64,000 nucleotides of DNA from Pseudomonadota bacterium (lineage in GTDB: Bacteria; Pseudomonadota; Gammaproteobacteria; Burkholderiales; Burkholderiaceae_F). The notes under the pieces were generated by a model. The model had not been told where the DNA came from and searched no databases. It saw nothing but the letters and a program-made list of their open reading frames with translations. Made by a program: the position numbers and the translations under genes. Position 1 is the first letter of the stretch. Each line of letters begins with the position of its first letter. Below, piece by piece: positions 8,778-18,678 of this stretch. Location: NCBI GenBank assembly GCA_021842465.1, contig JAKBZN010000006.1, positions 4,728 to 68,727 of the forward strand, read 5' to 3'.

Positions 8778-10964
8778 TCACCAGAACGAGGTCGTCAGCA
8801 TGACGTTCACATTCCGTCCTACGATCATGTAGTACAACGGATTGCCGTTGTTTGCGGTGTTGCCGGGACTCATGATGTATTCCTGACGGTTGAACAGGTT
8901 GCCGAGTTGCACATTGACCTTGGTACCCTGGTTGATGTTGTAGGCCAGCGCCAGGTCGGTCACGCTGTAGCTGCCGAAGTGGATCGGATTATTGTTGATG
9001 TCATAGCCCGAGTACCGGCCGCCGATCTTCTTGGTCGTCAGCGAGGCGTAGTACGGTCCCATCTGGTAGGTCACGCCAGCCGCCGCGGTGTTCTGCGGCG
9101 CATTCTGCACCGGACCTCCCGGAGCCGCCGAGTCGTTGACCGAGGCGTTGGCGAAGACGTCGAAGCCATGGCCGATGTAATAGCTTGCCTCGCCCTCAAT
9201 GCCTTTGAATGTCGCCGCTCCCAGGTCCTGGAACTCCGTAAACCCAGGCGCCGGCGAGAATTTGTTATAGAAGTTCGAGTTGGTGATGTAGTAGACATCG
9301 CCCGCCAACGTGATGTCCGGCGTCTTCCAGGTCGTGCCGATCTGGTAGTTCTTGGTTCGCTGTGCCGAAATCGAGTTGGCTGCCTGCTGCGCGGTCTGGC
9401 CGGTGCTGTTATGGGTGAACACCGACCACGCCGGCGCCAGCAGGCCTTCCGCCGCCTGGGCGTAGATCGCGGTCTGGTCGTTCAGGTAGTAGTGGACATC
9501 GATGCTCGGCAGCGCCGCGCCCCAACTCTTGTCGACCATGAAGTTGTTTACGCCGTCGTTGTACTTCCGGGTGAATTCGTTGTATTTGACCCCCGGTGTG
9601 ACCGCCCACTTGTCCGACGGATGCCAGACGTATTCGACATACGGCTGAATCGTGGTCGTCGAGCTATTCTCCGCCTGATTGAACGCGCTGCCTGGCCCGG
9701 TCAGGGAGTAACTCAGGAAGTTGACGTTCTGACCCGTCGAATTGTGGATCTGGTGATCCAGCCATAGGCCGAACTTGAGGTCGTTCAACCCGTAGGAACG
9801 CGTGAACCGGATTACGTCGCCGACCGAACGGTAGTGCGACAACTGATACTGACCCGGGATCGCCGTGGTCACACCCGTCGGCGAAAACGTATTGCTGGAG
9901 ATCGCTTGTGCCCCGTTCGCGTCATTCCCCAAAATCGCATCATGGCGGTAGGAGTAGGTATAGGCCTTGTTGTCGACCTGCCAGTTTCCGCTGCGGCTCT
10001 GATACCCCAGGTATTCGAAGTCGGACTTGAACTGGTCTCCGTTGTATCCCCAATAGGACTGGCTCAGGGGATTGTTGCTATACCCATAGTTGTATCCGTC
10101 CTGCGCAACGCTGTTGGGCGCCGGGCCGCCCGGGACATTGGGCGACAGCAGCGAACCGATCGACACATGCTGGCGGGCGCGGTTCAACATGGCGACGAAA
10201 ATCAGGGCCGAATCGCCCGACAACGGCTTGACCATCTTCATGAACACGTTGTCGCGGCTGGACGGGTTGTTCGTCAGGAACCCCTTGCTGTCCATGTGCT
10301 TGTAGCTGACGAAGGCGCTCATGTCGCCGTAGTTCTGCAGCATGCCGGTGTCGTAGCGCACGCCGATCTGCTTCGTATTGAAGCTGCCGTACCCGACGTA
10401 CCCGGTCACGGCCTGGTTGCCGTTCGGGTCCTTCGAGTGCATCAACATGCTGCCGCCGTACGTGGCCTCGCCGATCATCGCCGCATTGCCGGGGCCACGG
10501 TCGATGACCATGTCCTTCGTGTCCGCCGCCATGAAATAGGAGTTCACGTGGTGGGTGAAGTCGGCGCCGTCATAGAACGGGATGCCGTCGAAGGTCACGT
10601 TGTACTGACCGTCCTGGAACGACCGCATCGTCAGCCCCGGAAAGTCGCCGTTGCCGGCGCCGTTCGGGCTCACGTTCCAGACGCTGGGCGCGATCGCGGC
10701 GATGTCGTTGTAGTTCGCCGCCGGGTTGATGTTGTTCTCGATGTACTGCTGGCTGATGATGGTCTGCGGCTCGGTGGCGGTCAGGGAAGCCTGGGTCGGG
10801 GCTTCCTGTGTCGCCGGACCTTGCGTCGGGAGGGGGGCGCCGCTGCCTTCCGCGCTTACGGAACCGAGGTTGTAGGCCATGGCCCACGGAGCGGCCTGCA
10901 CCGCGAACAGGCCGAGCACGACCTTCGCGAGCACGCGAAGACGGAACGAGGACGGACGGGTCAT
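8778..10964 (-). CDS. TonB-dependent outer membrane receptor
   Basis: Signal peptide, plug motifs (MRSFQDGQYNVTFDGIP, IDRGPG), beta-barrel ending NLFNRQEY...GRNVNVMLTTSFW; upstream of exbB-exbD-tonB. Confidence 0.93.
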   Translation of the reverse strand: MTRPSSFRLRVLAKVVLGLFAVQAAPWAMAYNLGSVSAEGSGAPLPTQGPATQEAPTQASLTATEPQTIISQQYIENNINPAANYNDIAAIAPSVWNVSPNGAGNGDFPGLTMRSFQDGQYNVTFDGIPFYDGADFTHHVNSYFMAADTKDMVIDRGPGNAAMIGEATYGGSMLMHSKDPNGNQAVTGYVGYGSFNTKQIGVRYDTGMLQNYGDMSAFVSYKHMDSKGFLTNNPSSRDNVFMKMVKPLSGDSALIFVAMLNRARQHVSIGSLLSPNVPGGPAPNSVAQDGYNYGYSNNPLSQSYWGYNGDQFKSDFEYLGYQSRSGNWQVDNKAYTYSYRHDAILGNDANGAQAISSNTFSPTGVTTAIPGQYQLSHYRSVGDVIRFTRSYGLNDLKFGLWLDHQIHNSTGQNVNFLSYSLTGPGSAFNQAENSSTTTIQPYVEYVWHPSDKWAVTPGVKYNEFTRKYNDGVNNFMVDKSWGAALPSIDVHYYLNDQTAIYAQAAEGLLAPAWSVFTHNSTGQTAQQAANSISAQRTKNYQIGTTWKTPDITLAGDVYYITNSNFYNKFSPAPGFTEFQDLGAATFKGIEGEASYYIGHGFDVFANASVNDSAAPGGPVQNAPQNTAAAGVTYQMGPYYASLTTKKIGGRYSGYDINNNPIHFGSYSVTDLALAYNINQGTKVNVQLGNLFNRQEYIMSPGNTANNGNPLYYMIVGRNVNVMLTTSFW

Positions 10965-11230
10965 TTCGAGAATCCAGTAAGTGGTTTGTGTTGTTTTGAT
11001 TTGAACCGGCAGCAACCAAGGCCATCGGTCCAATGCGCATTCATGGGTACGACGGCGCGAATTCTGGTTCTCGAACGTTACGGTGCGGTGACGTTGTCGT
11101 TATCTCAGCATAATTAATAAAAACTAATCAAATGCTTAGCGTCGAAAATTAACGACGCGTAATCACCCGTAAAATTGCCAACCGATCGCCGTCGATCCTG
11201 CGCCCACGCCCGGCCATGCCGCAGATCGAA

Positions 11231-12562
11231 ATGGCGGACTACACTCCCCGCCACGCTGCCCGTACCGTGCGACCACTTCCGATCCTGTTGCTTTTCTTCG
11301 CACTGGCCGGTGCCCTATCTTCCGCGGGCGCCGCGCCTGCTGCTGCGTCCGATGCCGCGACACCATCGACCTCGCAACCATCCGCGGCGAGCAGCATCAT
11401 CGACGCGGCACTGACGTCGCTGCGCACGCTGCCGTTCATCCCCGTTCCCGAAATCTCCACCGCCCCCTACTCCGGGGTCGACGTGGGACTGATTCCGGTG
11501 GTCCTGAAGGAAACGACGAACGGGGAGATCGACCAGATCCTGGCGCCCGACCTCTATCACAGCTCCTACTTCGGCTGGGGCGCCACATTCCGTTTGTTCC
11601 GGTATCCGTCCGCCGACGAACAATGGTCGGTGATCGCCGGTACGGAACAACGCGTGCAGCGGACCTTCGACGCCGAGTGGGACCACGGCCTGCTGCGGAA
11701 CACGCCCTGGTCGTGGACCCTGCATGCGATGTATGACCGCAGCGGCACCGGGATCTTCTATGGCCTCGGCAATTCCTCGACCCTGAAAGGGCAAAGCAAC
11801 TACATCGACAGTCAGGCGCGCCTCGAAGCCACCGCCGAGCGCAACCTCTCGCATCGGATGCAGATCGCCTACCTCGCACGCTTCAGCACCGTCGCCATCG
11901 AGGGGGGTGCGTTGCCGGGCCTGCCCTACACCGAAACGCTCTACCCCGGGCTGAACGGCCTCGGCGATACGCGCGAGTTTCACCAGCGCCTGACGGTGAC
12001 CTACGACAGCCGCGATTCGGTGGACATGCCGCATCAGGGCGTCCGCCTCGCGGCATTCGCCGGCGCCTCGACGCATGTGCTCGACAGCGGCGTGGCCTAC
12101 ACGGCGATCGGGTTCGACGCCACGAAATTTCAGCCGCTCGGCAGCCGGCTCACCCTTGTGGCGCATGGCGCGCTGCGCTACATGCCGACCTATCAAGGCG
12201 CGCCCTTCTGGGATCTGTCGTCGCTGGGCGGAGATCGCAGCATCATCGGCGAGACGCAGCCACTGCGGGGCTATGGATACGACCGATTCGTCGGCCGCAA
12301 CAGCATGGCGGCGAGCATCGAGCTGCGCGACCGGGTGGCCGACCTGCACATGATGGATTCCAACATCCAGTTCGAACTCGCGCCGTTCCTGGACACCGGC
12401 AAGGTATTCTCCGCCATGGCCGGAGACCCCTTCGCCCACGTCCACGCCGCAGGCGGGATGGGATTCCGGCTCATCGCGCCGCCGTTCATCGTCGGCTACG
12501 TGGACATCGGCGTGGGCAGCGAGGGCCCGGCCGTCTTCACCGGAATCAACTATCCGTTCTGA
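11231..12562 (+). CDS. Omp85/BamA-TamA family beta-barrel protein without obvious POTRA domains
   Basis: Signal peptide, YDSRD, LRGYGYDRF (VRGF/Y-like loop 6), FLDTGKV, C-terminal YPF. Start codon uncertain. Confidence 0.78.
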   Translation: MADYTPRHAARTVRPLPILLLFFALAGALSSAGAAPAAASDAATPSTSQPSAASSIIDAALTSLRTLPFIPVPEISTAPYSGVDVGLIPVVLKETTNGEIDQILAPDLYHSSYFGWGATFRLFRYPSADEQWSVIAGTEQRVQRTFDAEWDHGLLRNTPWSWTLHAMYDRSGTGIFYGLGNSSTLKGQSNYIDSQARLEATAERNLSHRMQIAYLARFSTVAIEGGALPGLPYTETLYPGLNGLGDTREFHQRLTVTYDSRDSVDMPHQGVRLAAFAGASTHVLDSGVAYTAIGFDATKFQPLGSRLTLVAHGALRYMPTYQGAPFWDLSSLGGDRSIIGETQPLRGYGYDRFVGRNSMAASIELRDRVADLHMMDSNIQFELAPFLDTGKVFSAMAGDPFAHVHAAGGMGFRLIAPPFIVGYVDIGVGSEGPAVFTGINYPF

Positions 12563-12574
12563 CGCGGCCCGACA

Positions 12575-13807
12575 ATGGAACCCACTGCGACCATTTTTGT
12601 CCTGGTCTATATCGGCATGCTGGCGGGCGGCCTGCCCTTCCTGCAGCTCGACCGGGCCGGCATCGCACTGCTCGGCGCGATCGGACTGCTGGCGTCCGGC
12701 GCCATATCGCTCGATCAAGCGGGACGCGCGATCCACGTTCCGACGCTGCTGCTCCTTTTTTCGTTCATGGTGATCGCCGCGCAATTGCGGCTGGGCGGGT
12801 TCTACGCGTGGACCGCCACCCGGATCGGCGCCATGAATGCCGGCCCGCCGACCCTGCTCGCTGCGCTGGTCGTCGCGGTGGCGGCGCTCGCGGCGGTCTT
12901 CAGCAACGACGTCGTCTGCCTGGCGGTGGCACCGGTATGGATCGAAATCTGCGCCCGGCGGCGCCTCGATCCGGTGCCGTTCCTGCTGGCACTCGCCTGC
13001 GCCGCCAACATCGGCTCGGCGGCAACCCTGATCGGCAATCCGCAGAACATGCTGCTCGGCGGCGCGCTCGGACTGTCCTTCTCCGGCTATCTGCAAACGG
13101 CCGCGGTTCCGGTGCTGGCGGGGATCGGCGTGACCTGGCTGGTGATCACGCGGATCTGGCGGGACCGTTGGGACCTGCCCGCGGCGCCGGCGCACGCCGG
13201 CGCCGACTGGCAGCCAGACGACGGAGGCCGCCTTCTTGATCCCTGGCAGGCAGCCAAGGGGCTCGCCGTCGCCGCAACGCTGTTCGGACTCTTTCTCGCT
13301 TCCGATCGGCCGCGGGAAATCCTCGCGCTCGGCGGGGCCGGCATCCTGCTGCTGTCGCGCAAGCTGCACTCGCGCGACATGCTCGGCCTCGTCGACTGGC
13401 AGGTTCTGGTGTTGTTCATCGGCCTGTTCATCGTCAACGACGCGCTCGAACGCACCGGCCTGCCGCAACAGGCCGTTGCCGCGCTGGCGGCGCACGGGGT
13501 CGACCTGCAGCGCCCGGCGGTGCTCTACGGCGCCACGTTCGCGCTCAGCAACCTCGTCTCCAACGTGCCGGCGATCATGCTGCTGCTCCCGGCCGCCTCG
13601 CATCGGGACGGAGCCCTGCTGGCCCTGTCCAGCACCTTCGCCGGCAACCTGCTGGTGGTCGGCAGCATCGCCAACATGATCGTGCTCGACGCCGCGGCGC
13701 AGCGGGGTATCCGGATTTCCTGGAAGCAGCACGCGATGGTCGGCGTTCCGGTGACGGCAGTGACGCTCGGTGTCGCGGCGGCGACACTGCTGCCCGGCAT
13801 GGGCTGA
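12575..13807 (+). CDS. ArsB/NhaD/SLC13 (IT superfamily) anion permease
   Basis: LDRAGIALLGA, FSNDVVC, AANIGSAATLIGNPQN, SNVPA, AGNL..VGSIAN.IV. Confidence 0.88.
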   Translation: MEPTATIFVLVYIGMLAGGLPFLQLDRAGIALLGAIGLLASGAISLDQAGRAIHVPTLLLLFSFMVIAAQLRLGGFYAWTATRIGAMNAGPPTLLAALVVAVAALAAVFSNDVVCLAVAPVWIEICARRRLDPVPFLLALACAANIGSAATLIGNPQNMLLGGALGLSFSGYLQTAAVPVLAGIGVTWLVITRIWRDRWDLPAAPAHAGADWQPDDGGRLLDPWQAAKGLAVAATLFGLFLASDRPREILALGGAGILLLSRKLHSRDMLGLVDWQVLVLFIGLFIVNDALERTGLPQQAVAALAAHGVDLQRPAVLYGATFALSNLVSNVPAIMLLLPAASHRDGALLALSSTFAGNLLVVGSIANMIVLDAAAQRGIRISWKQHAMVGVPVTAVTLGVAAATLLPGMG

Positions 13808-16165
13808 TCAGCGCGTCAGCGACAGGAACAACTCCGGCAGCCGCTGGGGCAGCTGCGCGATCTGGTCGATGATCGTCCACCGGCCGCCGAAGATGCGGGA
13901 AACGTAGCCGTCGGCCTTCCCATCCAGGCTCACGCAGTGCGTATGCAGCCCCATGGCATCGATCTCGCGCACGGCGCGGGCCGCGTCGGCGATCAGATGA
14001 TCGGGGTCGTCGACGTCGACATCGGCAGGCTGTCCATCGGTGAGGACGAGCAACAGCTTCTTGTCCGCCGCGCGGCCCGACAACAGGTGGCCCGCGTGCC
14101 GCAATGCGGCCCCCATGCGGGTCGAAAACGCCCCCTCGACCGATGCCAACCGCGCCTTGGGCGCATCGTCCCACGCTTCGGTGAAGCCCTTGATGTGCAC
14201 GTAGCGAACCTCGTGCCGTGTATTCGAGTGAAACCCGGCGATGGCGAATTCGTCTCCCAGGGCGCCGATCGCCCAGGAAAGCAAGGCGACGGCGGCGCGG
14301 CTCACCTCGAGAACGGTCGCATCCGCGCCCGGCACCACGTCGTTGACCGATTGCGACAGGTCGATCAACAGCAGCACGGCGATGTCGCGTCCATCGGTAT
14401 GCGTGCGCATGTGGATGCGCGGATCGGGCCGCGCGCCGGCACGCAGGTCGATGAGGGCGCGCAACGCCACGTCGAGATCAAGTTCGGTACCGTCCTCCTG
14501 GTATCGGAGGCGCGTGCGGTCCTGCGGCTTGAGAAGGTCGAGCAGGCGCTTGAGATGGCGTGCGATCGGCGCGTGGCGCCGCAGCAGCGCATCGATGGAC
14601 GAAGCATCTCCTGCGGGCTCCAGCGTGTCGTAGACGCTTACCCAGTCCGGGCGATAGGCGCCTGCCACGTCGTCCCATTCCGGATAGTGTCGCGGTGGCA
14701 AGGACTCCCCCTCCACCACCACGGCTCTCGGTTGATCGAAGGACTCTTCCTCGTCTCCGGATTCGATGTACGTCCACAGCAGGCGGTTGTCGTCGCGGTA
14801 GGGTACGACGGTGTTCACGAAGCGCACCCGGGCCTGCTGATCGTCGGGACGCCGCGTGCGCGCCGCCCATTCCAGCGCCATTGCCGCCATTTCCCGGGTC
14901 GACGACTCCCCGGCGTGCAGGGCTGCGTGGAACCGGTCGCGAAACTCGCGCAGTACCGGATCCCGATACGGATGCGCATCGTCGATCAAGGCGCGCGACA
15001 GGCATGCGAGGCGGTGGCGCAGGCAGGACTCCTTCGTCGGATCGCACTCGTCTTCGGCGGGGACGGGGTGCAACTCGAGGAATGCGCGGCGCAGTCCCGG
15101 CAATCGGCGCAGCGTCAGGAAATCGACGCGGCAGTCCTCGAAGCATTCCACCGCCAGACGCTGCATCGGACTGAGGTTGTCGGCGACGAGCGTCTGGCTC
15201 CAGCGCCGGTGCGCAGCAAGGTGCGCCACCATGGCGCGGTACTGTTCGATCGCAGCCAGACGAACCGGCGCTTCGGCCGCGCCTTGGCCGGAGGCGGCCG
15301 CGATCCGCAGCGCGCGGTCGTGCGCATTGCGGTCTTGCGGCGGACCGCGCCAGTCGTCGAGCACCTCGGGCAGGCGCAGTCCATCCGGCCGGCCATACGG
15401 CTGCGTGATCGCCGCCGGCCCCTGGGCGCCGACGGCATAGGGAACCAGCGCAACCGCGTCATCCCACAGGCCACGCAACGTCAGCGCAAGGCGCCGCTCG
15501 ACGTCCACGAGCAGCGTGCCATGCCGCTCACGCTGCAACAACGCCCGGCTGTCGGGCGTGGCCAGCGCAAAGAAATCGATCTGCCGCTGCGGATGATGGC
15601 CGTGCAGGCGGATGCCTTCGTCGACCCACCGGCGCAATCCCTCGACCGACACGAGTTCCAGCAGATACGGCGCCTTGGCCAGGAAGGTGGGCAGGCCGGG
15701 ACTGGGGCCGGTCACATGATGACCATGAATCGAAACGCTGGTGCGCTGCATCAGGTCGACGACCAGTGCCAGGTAATCCGCCAGCAGCTCGCCGGAAGGC
15801 AGCCTGCGCGCCACCGCGCCGAGCGTCTGCAGCAGCGGCGCGATCGCGCGTCCATTGGGCGATTTCTGGAACGCCTGGATGGCGCGATCGAGCGGGCCGA
15901 TCGCCGCCTCGCCGGCAAGCGCGGCGACGGTGGGCCACGCCTCAAGAAAGGTCAGTACCGGATCGACACCGCGCCCGAGCCGGCCCAGGCGCCCCGCCTG
16001 CGTGAGGTAGGCCTCCAGCCCGAGCGGGCTCAGTTTGCGGATTGCCGCGTCCAGGCAATCGTCGAAAACCTCGTCGATCGCCTCGAAGCGACAGTCGAGG
16101 CGATCGCGGAGATCCGCGTGGCGCAACCGCTTGCGCGCGGTCGCAGGGGGGGAATGGGCGCTCAT
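13808..16165 (-). CDS. cbbO: CbbO (VWA) RuBisCO activase adaptor, form II-associated
   Basis: QRERHGTLLVDVERRL, YPEWD, MIDAS DLSQS...STRMG...LTDGQP; downstream of cbbM-cbbQ. Confidence 0.92.
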   Translation of the reverse strand: MSAHSPPATARKRLRHADLRDRLDCRFEAIDEVFDDCLDAAIRKLSPLGLEAYLTQAGRLGRLGRGVDPVLTFLEAWPTVAALAGEAAIGPLDRAIQAFQKSPNGRAIAPLLQTLGAVARRLPSGELLADYLALVVDLMQRTSVSIHGHHVTGPSPGLPTFLAKAPYLLELVSVEGLRRWVDEGIRLHGHHPQRQIDFFALATPDSRALLQRERHGTLLVDVERRLALTLRGLWDDAVALVPYAVGAQGPAAITQPYGRPDGLRLPEVLDDWRGPPQDRNAHDRALRIAAASGQGAAEAPVRLAAIEQYRAMVAHLAAHRRWSQTLVADNLSPMQRLAVECFEDCRVDFLTLRRLPGLRRAFLELHPVPAEDECDPTKESCLRHRLACLSRALIDDAHPYRDPVLREFRDRFHAALHAGESSTREMAAMALEWAARTRRPDDQQARVRFVNTVVPYRDDNRLLWTYIESGDEEESFDQPRAVVVEGESLPPRHYPEWDDVAGAYRPDWVSVYDTLEPAGDASSIDALLRRHAPIARHLKRLLDLLKPQDRTRLRYQEDGTELDLDVALRALIDLRAGARPDPRIHMRTHTDGRDIAVLLLIDLSQSVNDVVPGADATVLEVSRAAVALLSWAIGALGDEFAIAGFHSNTRHEVRYVHIKGFTEAWDDAPKARLASVEGAFSTRMGAALRHAGHLLSGRAADKKLLLVLTDGQPADVDVDDPDHLIADAARAVREIDAMGLHTHCVSLDGKADGYVSRIFGGRWTIIDQIAQLPQRLPELFLSLTR

Positions 16166-16187
16166 GGCGCTGCGCTCGCGCGGCCGC

Positions 16188-16991
16188 TCAAGCCAGGATC
16201 GCGGTGATGCTGTGCTCCAGCGTCTCGCGGATGTCGGCGTCGTCGGTGAGCGGACGCACCATCGCCATGCGACAGGACTCGGCCAGCGTCATGCCCTGGG
16301 CGACGAGATTGCCGGCGTAGACCAGCAGACGCGTGGAAATGCCTTCGTCGAGGCCATGGCGCTTCAGCCGCCGCGCGGCGGCGGCGACCTGAACCAGGCC
16401 ACGGGCCTGCGCGGGATCGAGGCCGGTTTCCCGCGCGACGATTCCGGTTTCCAGGTCTTCCGAAGGGTAGTCGAAGTCGAACGCGACGAAGCGCTGGCGG
16501 GTCGACGTCTTGAGGTCCTTCATGACGCTCTGGTATCCCGGGTTGTACGAGATGACCAGCTGAAAATCCGGGTGCGCCCGCACCAGTTCGCCCTTCTTGT
16601 CGAGCGGCAGCGTGCGGCGATAGTCGGTGAGCGGATGGATCACGACGGTCGTGTCCTGGCGGGCTTCGACCACCTCGTCGAGGTAGCAGATCGCGCCATG
16701 GCGCGCGGCGAGCGTGAGGGGTCCGTCGGTCCAACGGGTTCCGCCGGGCTCGAGCAGGAATCGTCCGACGAGATCGGCGGCCGTCATGTCCTCGTTGCAG
16801 GCCACCGTGACCAGCGGGCGGCCCAGTTTCCACGCCATGTGCTCGACGAAGCGCGACTTGCCGCAGCCCGTCGGCCCCTTGACCATCACCGGCAGTCGCG
16901 CACGGTACGCGGCCTCGAATTGGGCCACCTCATTGCCTTGTGGCGCGTAGTAGGGCTCGGCGCCGATGCGCCAATCGTCGAGCTGATTCAT
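16188..16991 (-). CDS. cbbQ: CbbQ AAA+ ATPase, second paralogue
   Basis: [26 protein letters not shown]; start at MNQLDDW. Confidence 0.95.
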   Translation of the reverse strand: MNQLDDWRIGAEPYYAPQGNEVAQFEAAYRARLPVMVKGPTGCGKSRFVEHMAWKLGRPLVTVACNEDMTAADLVGRFLLEPGGTRWTDGPLTLAARHGAICYLDEVVEARQDTTVVIHPLTDYRRTLPLDKKGELVRAHPDFQLVISYNPGYQSVMKDLKTSTRQRFVAFDFDYPSEDLETGIVARETGLDPAQARGLVQVAAAARRLKRHGLDEGISTRLLVYAGNLVAQGMTLAESCRMAMVRPLTDDADIRETLEHSITAILA

Positions 16992-17081
16992 TGCAATGTC
17001 ACATCCGATTGGAAACCGCGCCATTCCGGGAAGCGGGACCGATCCCGGCATGCGTCGGGGCGCAGCGCTCCCACGCTGCGG

Positions 17082-17117
17082 ATCAAAAGAAATACGGCCG
17101 CATCTGCGGCCGTATTT
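17082..17117 (-). terminator. Intrinsic terminator-like hairpin downstream of cbbM
   Basis: aaatacggccgca-tc-tgcggccgtattt perfect stem followed on the minus strand by a T-rich run (TTTCTTTT). Confidence 0.7.
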
Positions 17118-17129
17118 CCCGAGCGCGCC

Positions 17130-18512
17130 TTACCGATGCGCGCCCGCCAGCTTGTCGCGCCAGCCCGGGAAGAGCTTGTCGGCATCGTTCGGGAACGAGT
17201 CGAACGCGCGCGCGAACTCGCGGTGCTCCTTGGCCCACTGGATCGGATCGGCTTTGGCCTTCCAGCAGTCGTAGGCCTGGCGCAGCGACTTGGCGCCGGC
17301 GGCCGGCGAGTCGATGTGGCCGTACGATCCGCCGCCGGCCGTGTTGATCACGTTGCCGTGGCCCAGGTTCTCGAAGAAGCCGGGCAGGCGCAGCGCGTTC
17401 ATGCCGCCCGAGATGATCGGCGTCGTCGGCTTCATGCCATACCACTCCTGGTGATAGGCCGGGCCGGTGAAGCTGTCGCGCTCGATGATGTAGGCGATGG
17501 CGCGGTCGTCCTTCTCGCCTTCCATCTTGCCATAGCCCATCGTGCCGACGTGGATTCCCGAGGCACCCTGCAGACGGCTCATCTTGGCGAGGACATAGGC
17601 GGTGTAGCCACGATTCGCGGAGGGCGAGGTCACGGCACCATGACCGGCGCGGTGATAGTGCAGATACTGGTTCGGGAAATTGCGGCGCGCCGTCGTGATC
17701 ATGCCCGGGCCGCCGACGTAGCCGTCGACCAGGAACGCCACCTTGTCGGCGTCGGGGCCGAACGCGCGCAGGATGAACTCGCCGCGGGCGATCATTTCGT
17801 GGTGGTCGTCGGCCGTGATGTTGGCGGAGAAGATCTTGGCTTCGCCCGTCTTGTCCATCGCGCGCTTCATCGCGTCGTAGACCAGCGGAATCGTCCGGGC
17901 CAGCGGCGAGAACACCTGGTTGCCCTGGGGCTCGTCGTTCTTGATGAAGTCGCCGCCCAGCCAGAACTGGTAGGCCGCTTCGGCGAAGGGCTCCGGCCGC
18001 AGGCCGAGCTTGGGCTTGATGATCGTGCCGGAGATGTAGCCGCCCTCTTGGACCGGGCGACCGAGGATGCGCCACAGATCGGAGATGTCCTTGCTCGGGC
18101 CGTCGAACAACTGGATCGCGCGCGGCGGCATGAAGAAGTCGTACATCTTGGCGTAGGCGATGTCGCCCATGCCCTGGTTGTTGCCGATGGTCAACGTCAG
18201 GAAGGACACCAGCATCATCCGGCCATCGATGATGTTGCGATCGAAAAGGTCCAGCGGATATGCGATCCGCATCTCGTCGGTCGCCTCGTCGATGAAGTAC
18301 ACGAGCGCATCGACACCCTTGGTGAAGTCGTCCGTGGTCGAGACCTCGACGTTCGTCCCGGTGGACGACTCGGCGGCAAAGTGCGCTGCAGCCTCGAGAT
18401 AGCCGACGCCCGCCTTCGGCTTCATCTTGTACGCGACGAGGATGTGCTTGCCGCCGCGAACCAGATCGTCTTCCCGCAGGCTCAGATCGGCATAACGATT
18501 GGACTGGTCCAT
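17130..18512 (-). CDS. cbbM: RuBisCO form II
   Basis: [49 protein letters not shown]; C-terminus ...AGAHR. Confidence 0.99.
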   Translation of the reverse strand: MDQSNRYADLSLREDDLVRGGKHILVAYKMKPKAGVGYLEAAAHFAAESSTGTNVEVSTTDDFTKGVDALVYFIDEATDEMRIAYPLDLFDRNIIDGRMMLVSFLTLTIGNNQGMGDIAYAKMYDFFMPPRAIQLFDGPSKDISDLWRILGRPVQEGGYISGTIIKPKLGLRPEPFAEAAYQFWLGGDFIKNDEPQGNQVFSPLARTIPLVYDAMKRAMDKTGEAKIFSANITADDHHEMIARGEFILRAFGPDADKVAFLVDGYVGGPGMITTARRNFPNQYLHYHRAGHGAVTSPSANRGYTAYVLAKMSRLQGASGIHVGTMGYGKMEGEKDDRAIAYIIERDSFTGPAYHQEWYGMKPTTPIISGGMNALRLPGFFENLGHGNVINTAGGGSYGHIDSPAAGAKSLRQAYDCWKAKADPIQWAKEHREFARAFDSFPNDADKLFPGWRDKLAGAHR

Positions 18513-18557
18513 CGATACTCCTGATTTGTTGACATGGAAAAAGTGGATTTTACCGCA

Positions 18558-18590
18558 CTAGTAAATGGTCACCATAAACTGTAGTTTATG
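18558..18590. promoter_or_regulatory. Putative LysR (CbbR) operator upstream of cbbM
   Basis: T-N11-A (tagtaaatggtca) followed by the palindrome cataaac-tgta-gtttatg, similar to the cbbL upstream box. Confidence 0.5.
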
Positions 18591-18678
18591 CATCACAGCC
18601 CTCCGCGCTCCGCACCGGATCTCACCCAACACCATCACGCCGTGATATATTTCGCCGGCTCCGCGTTTGTAGAAGCGT

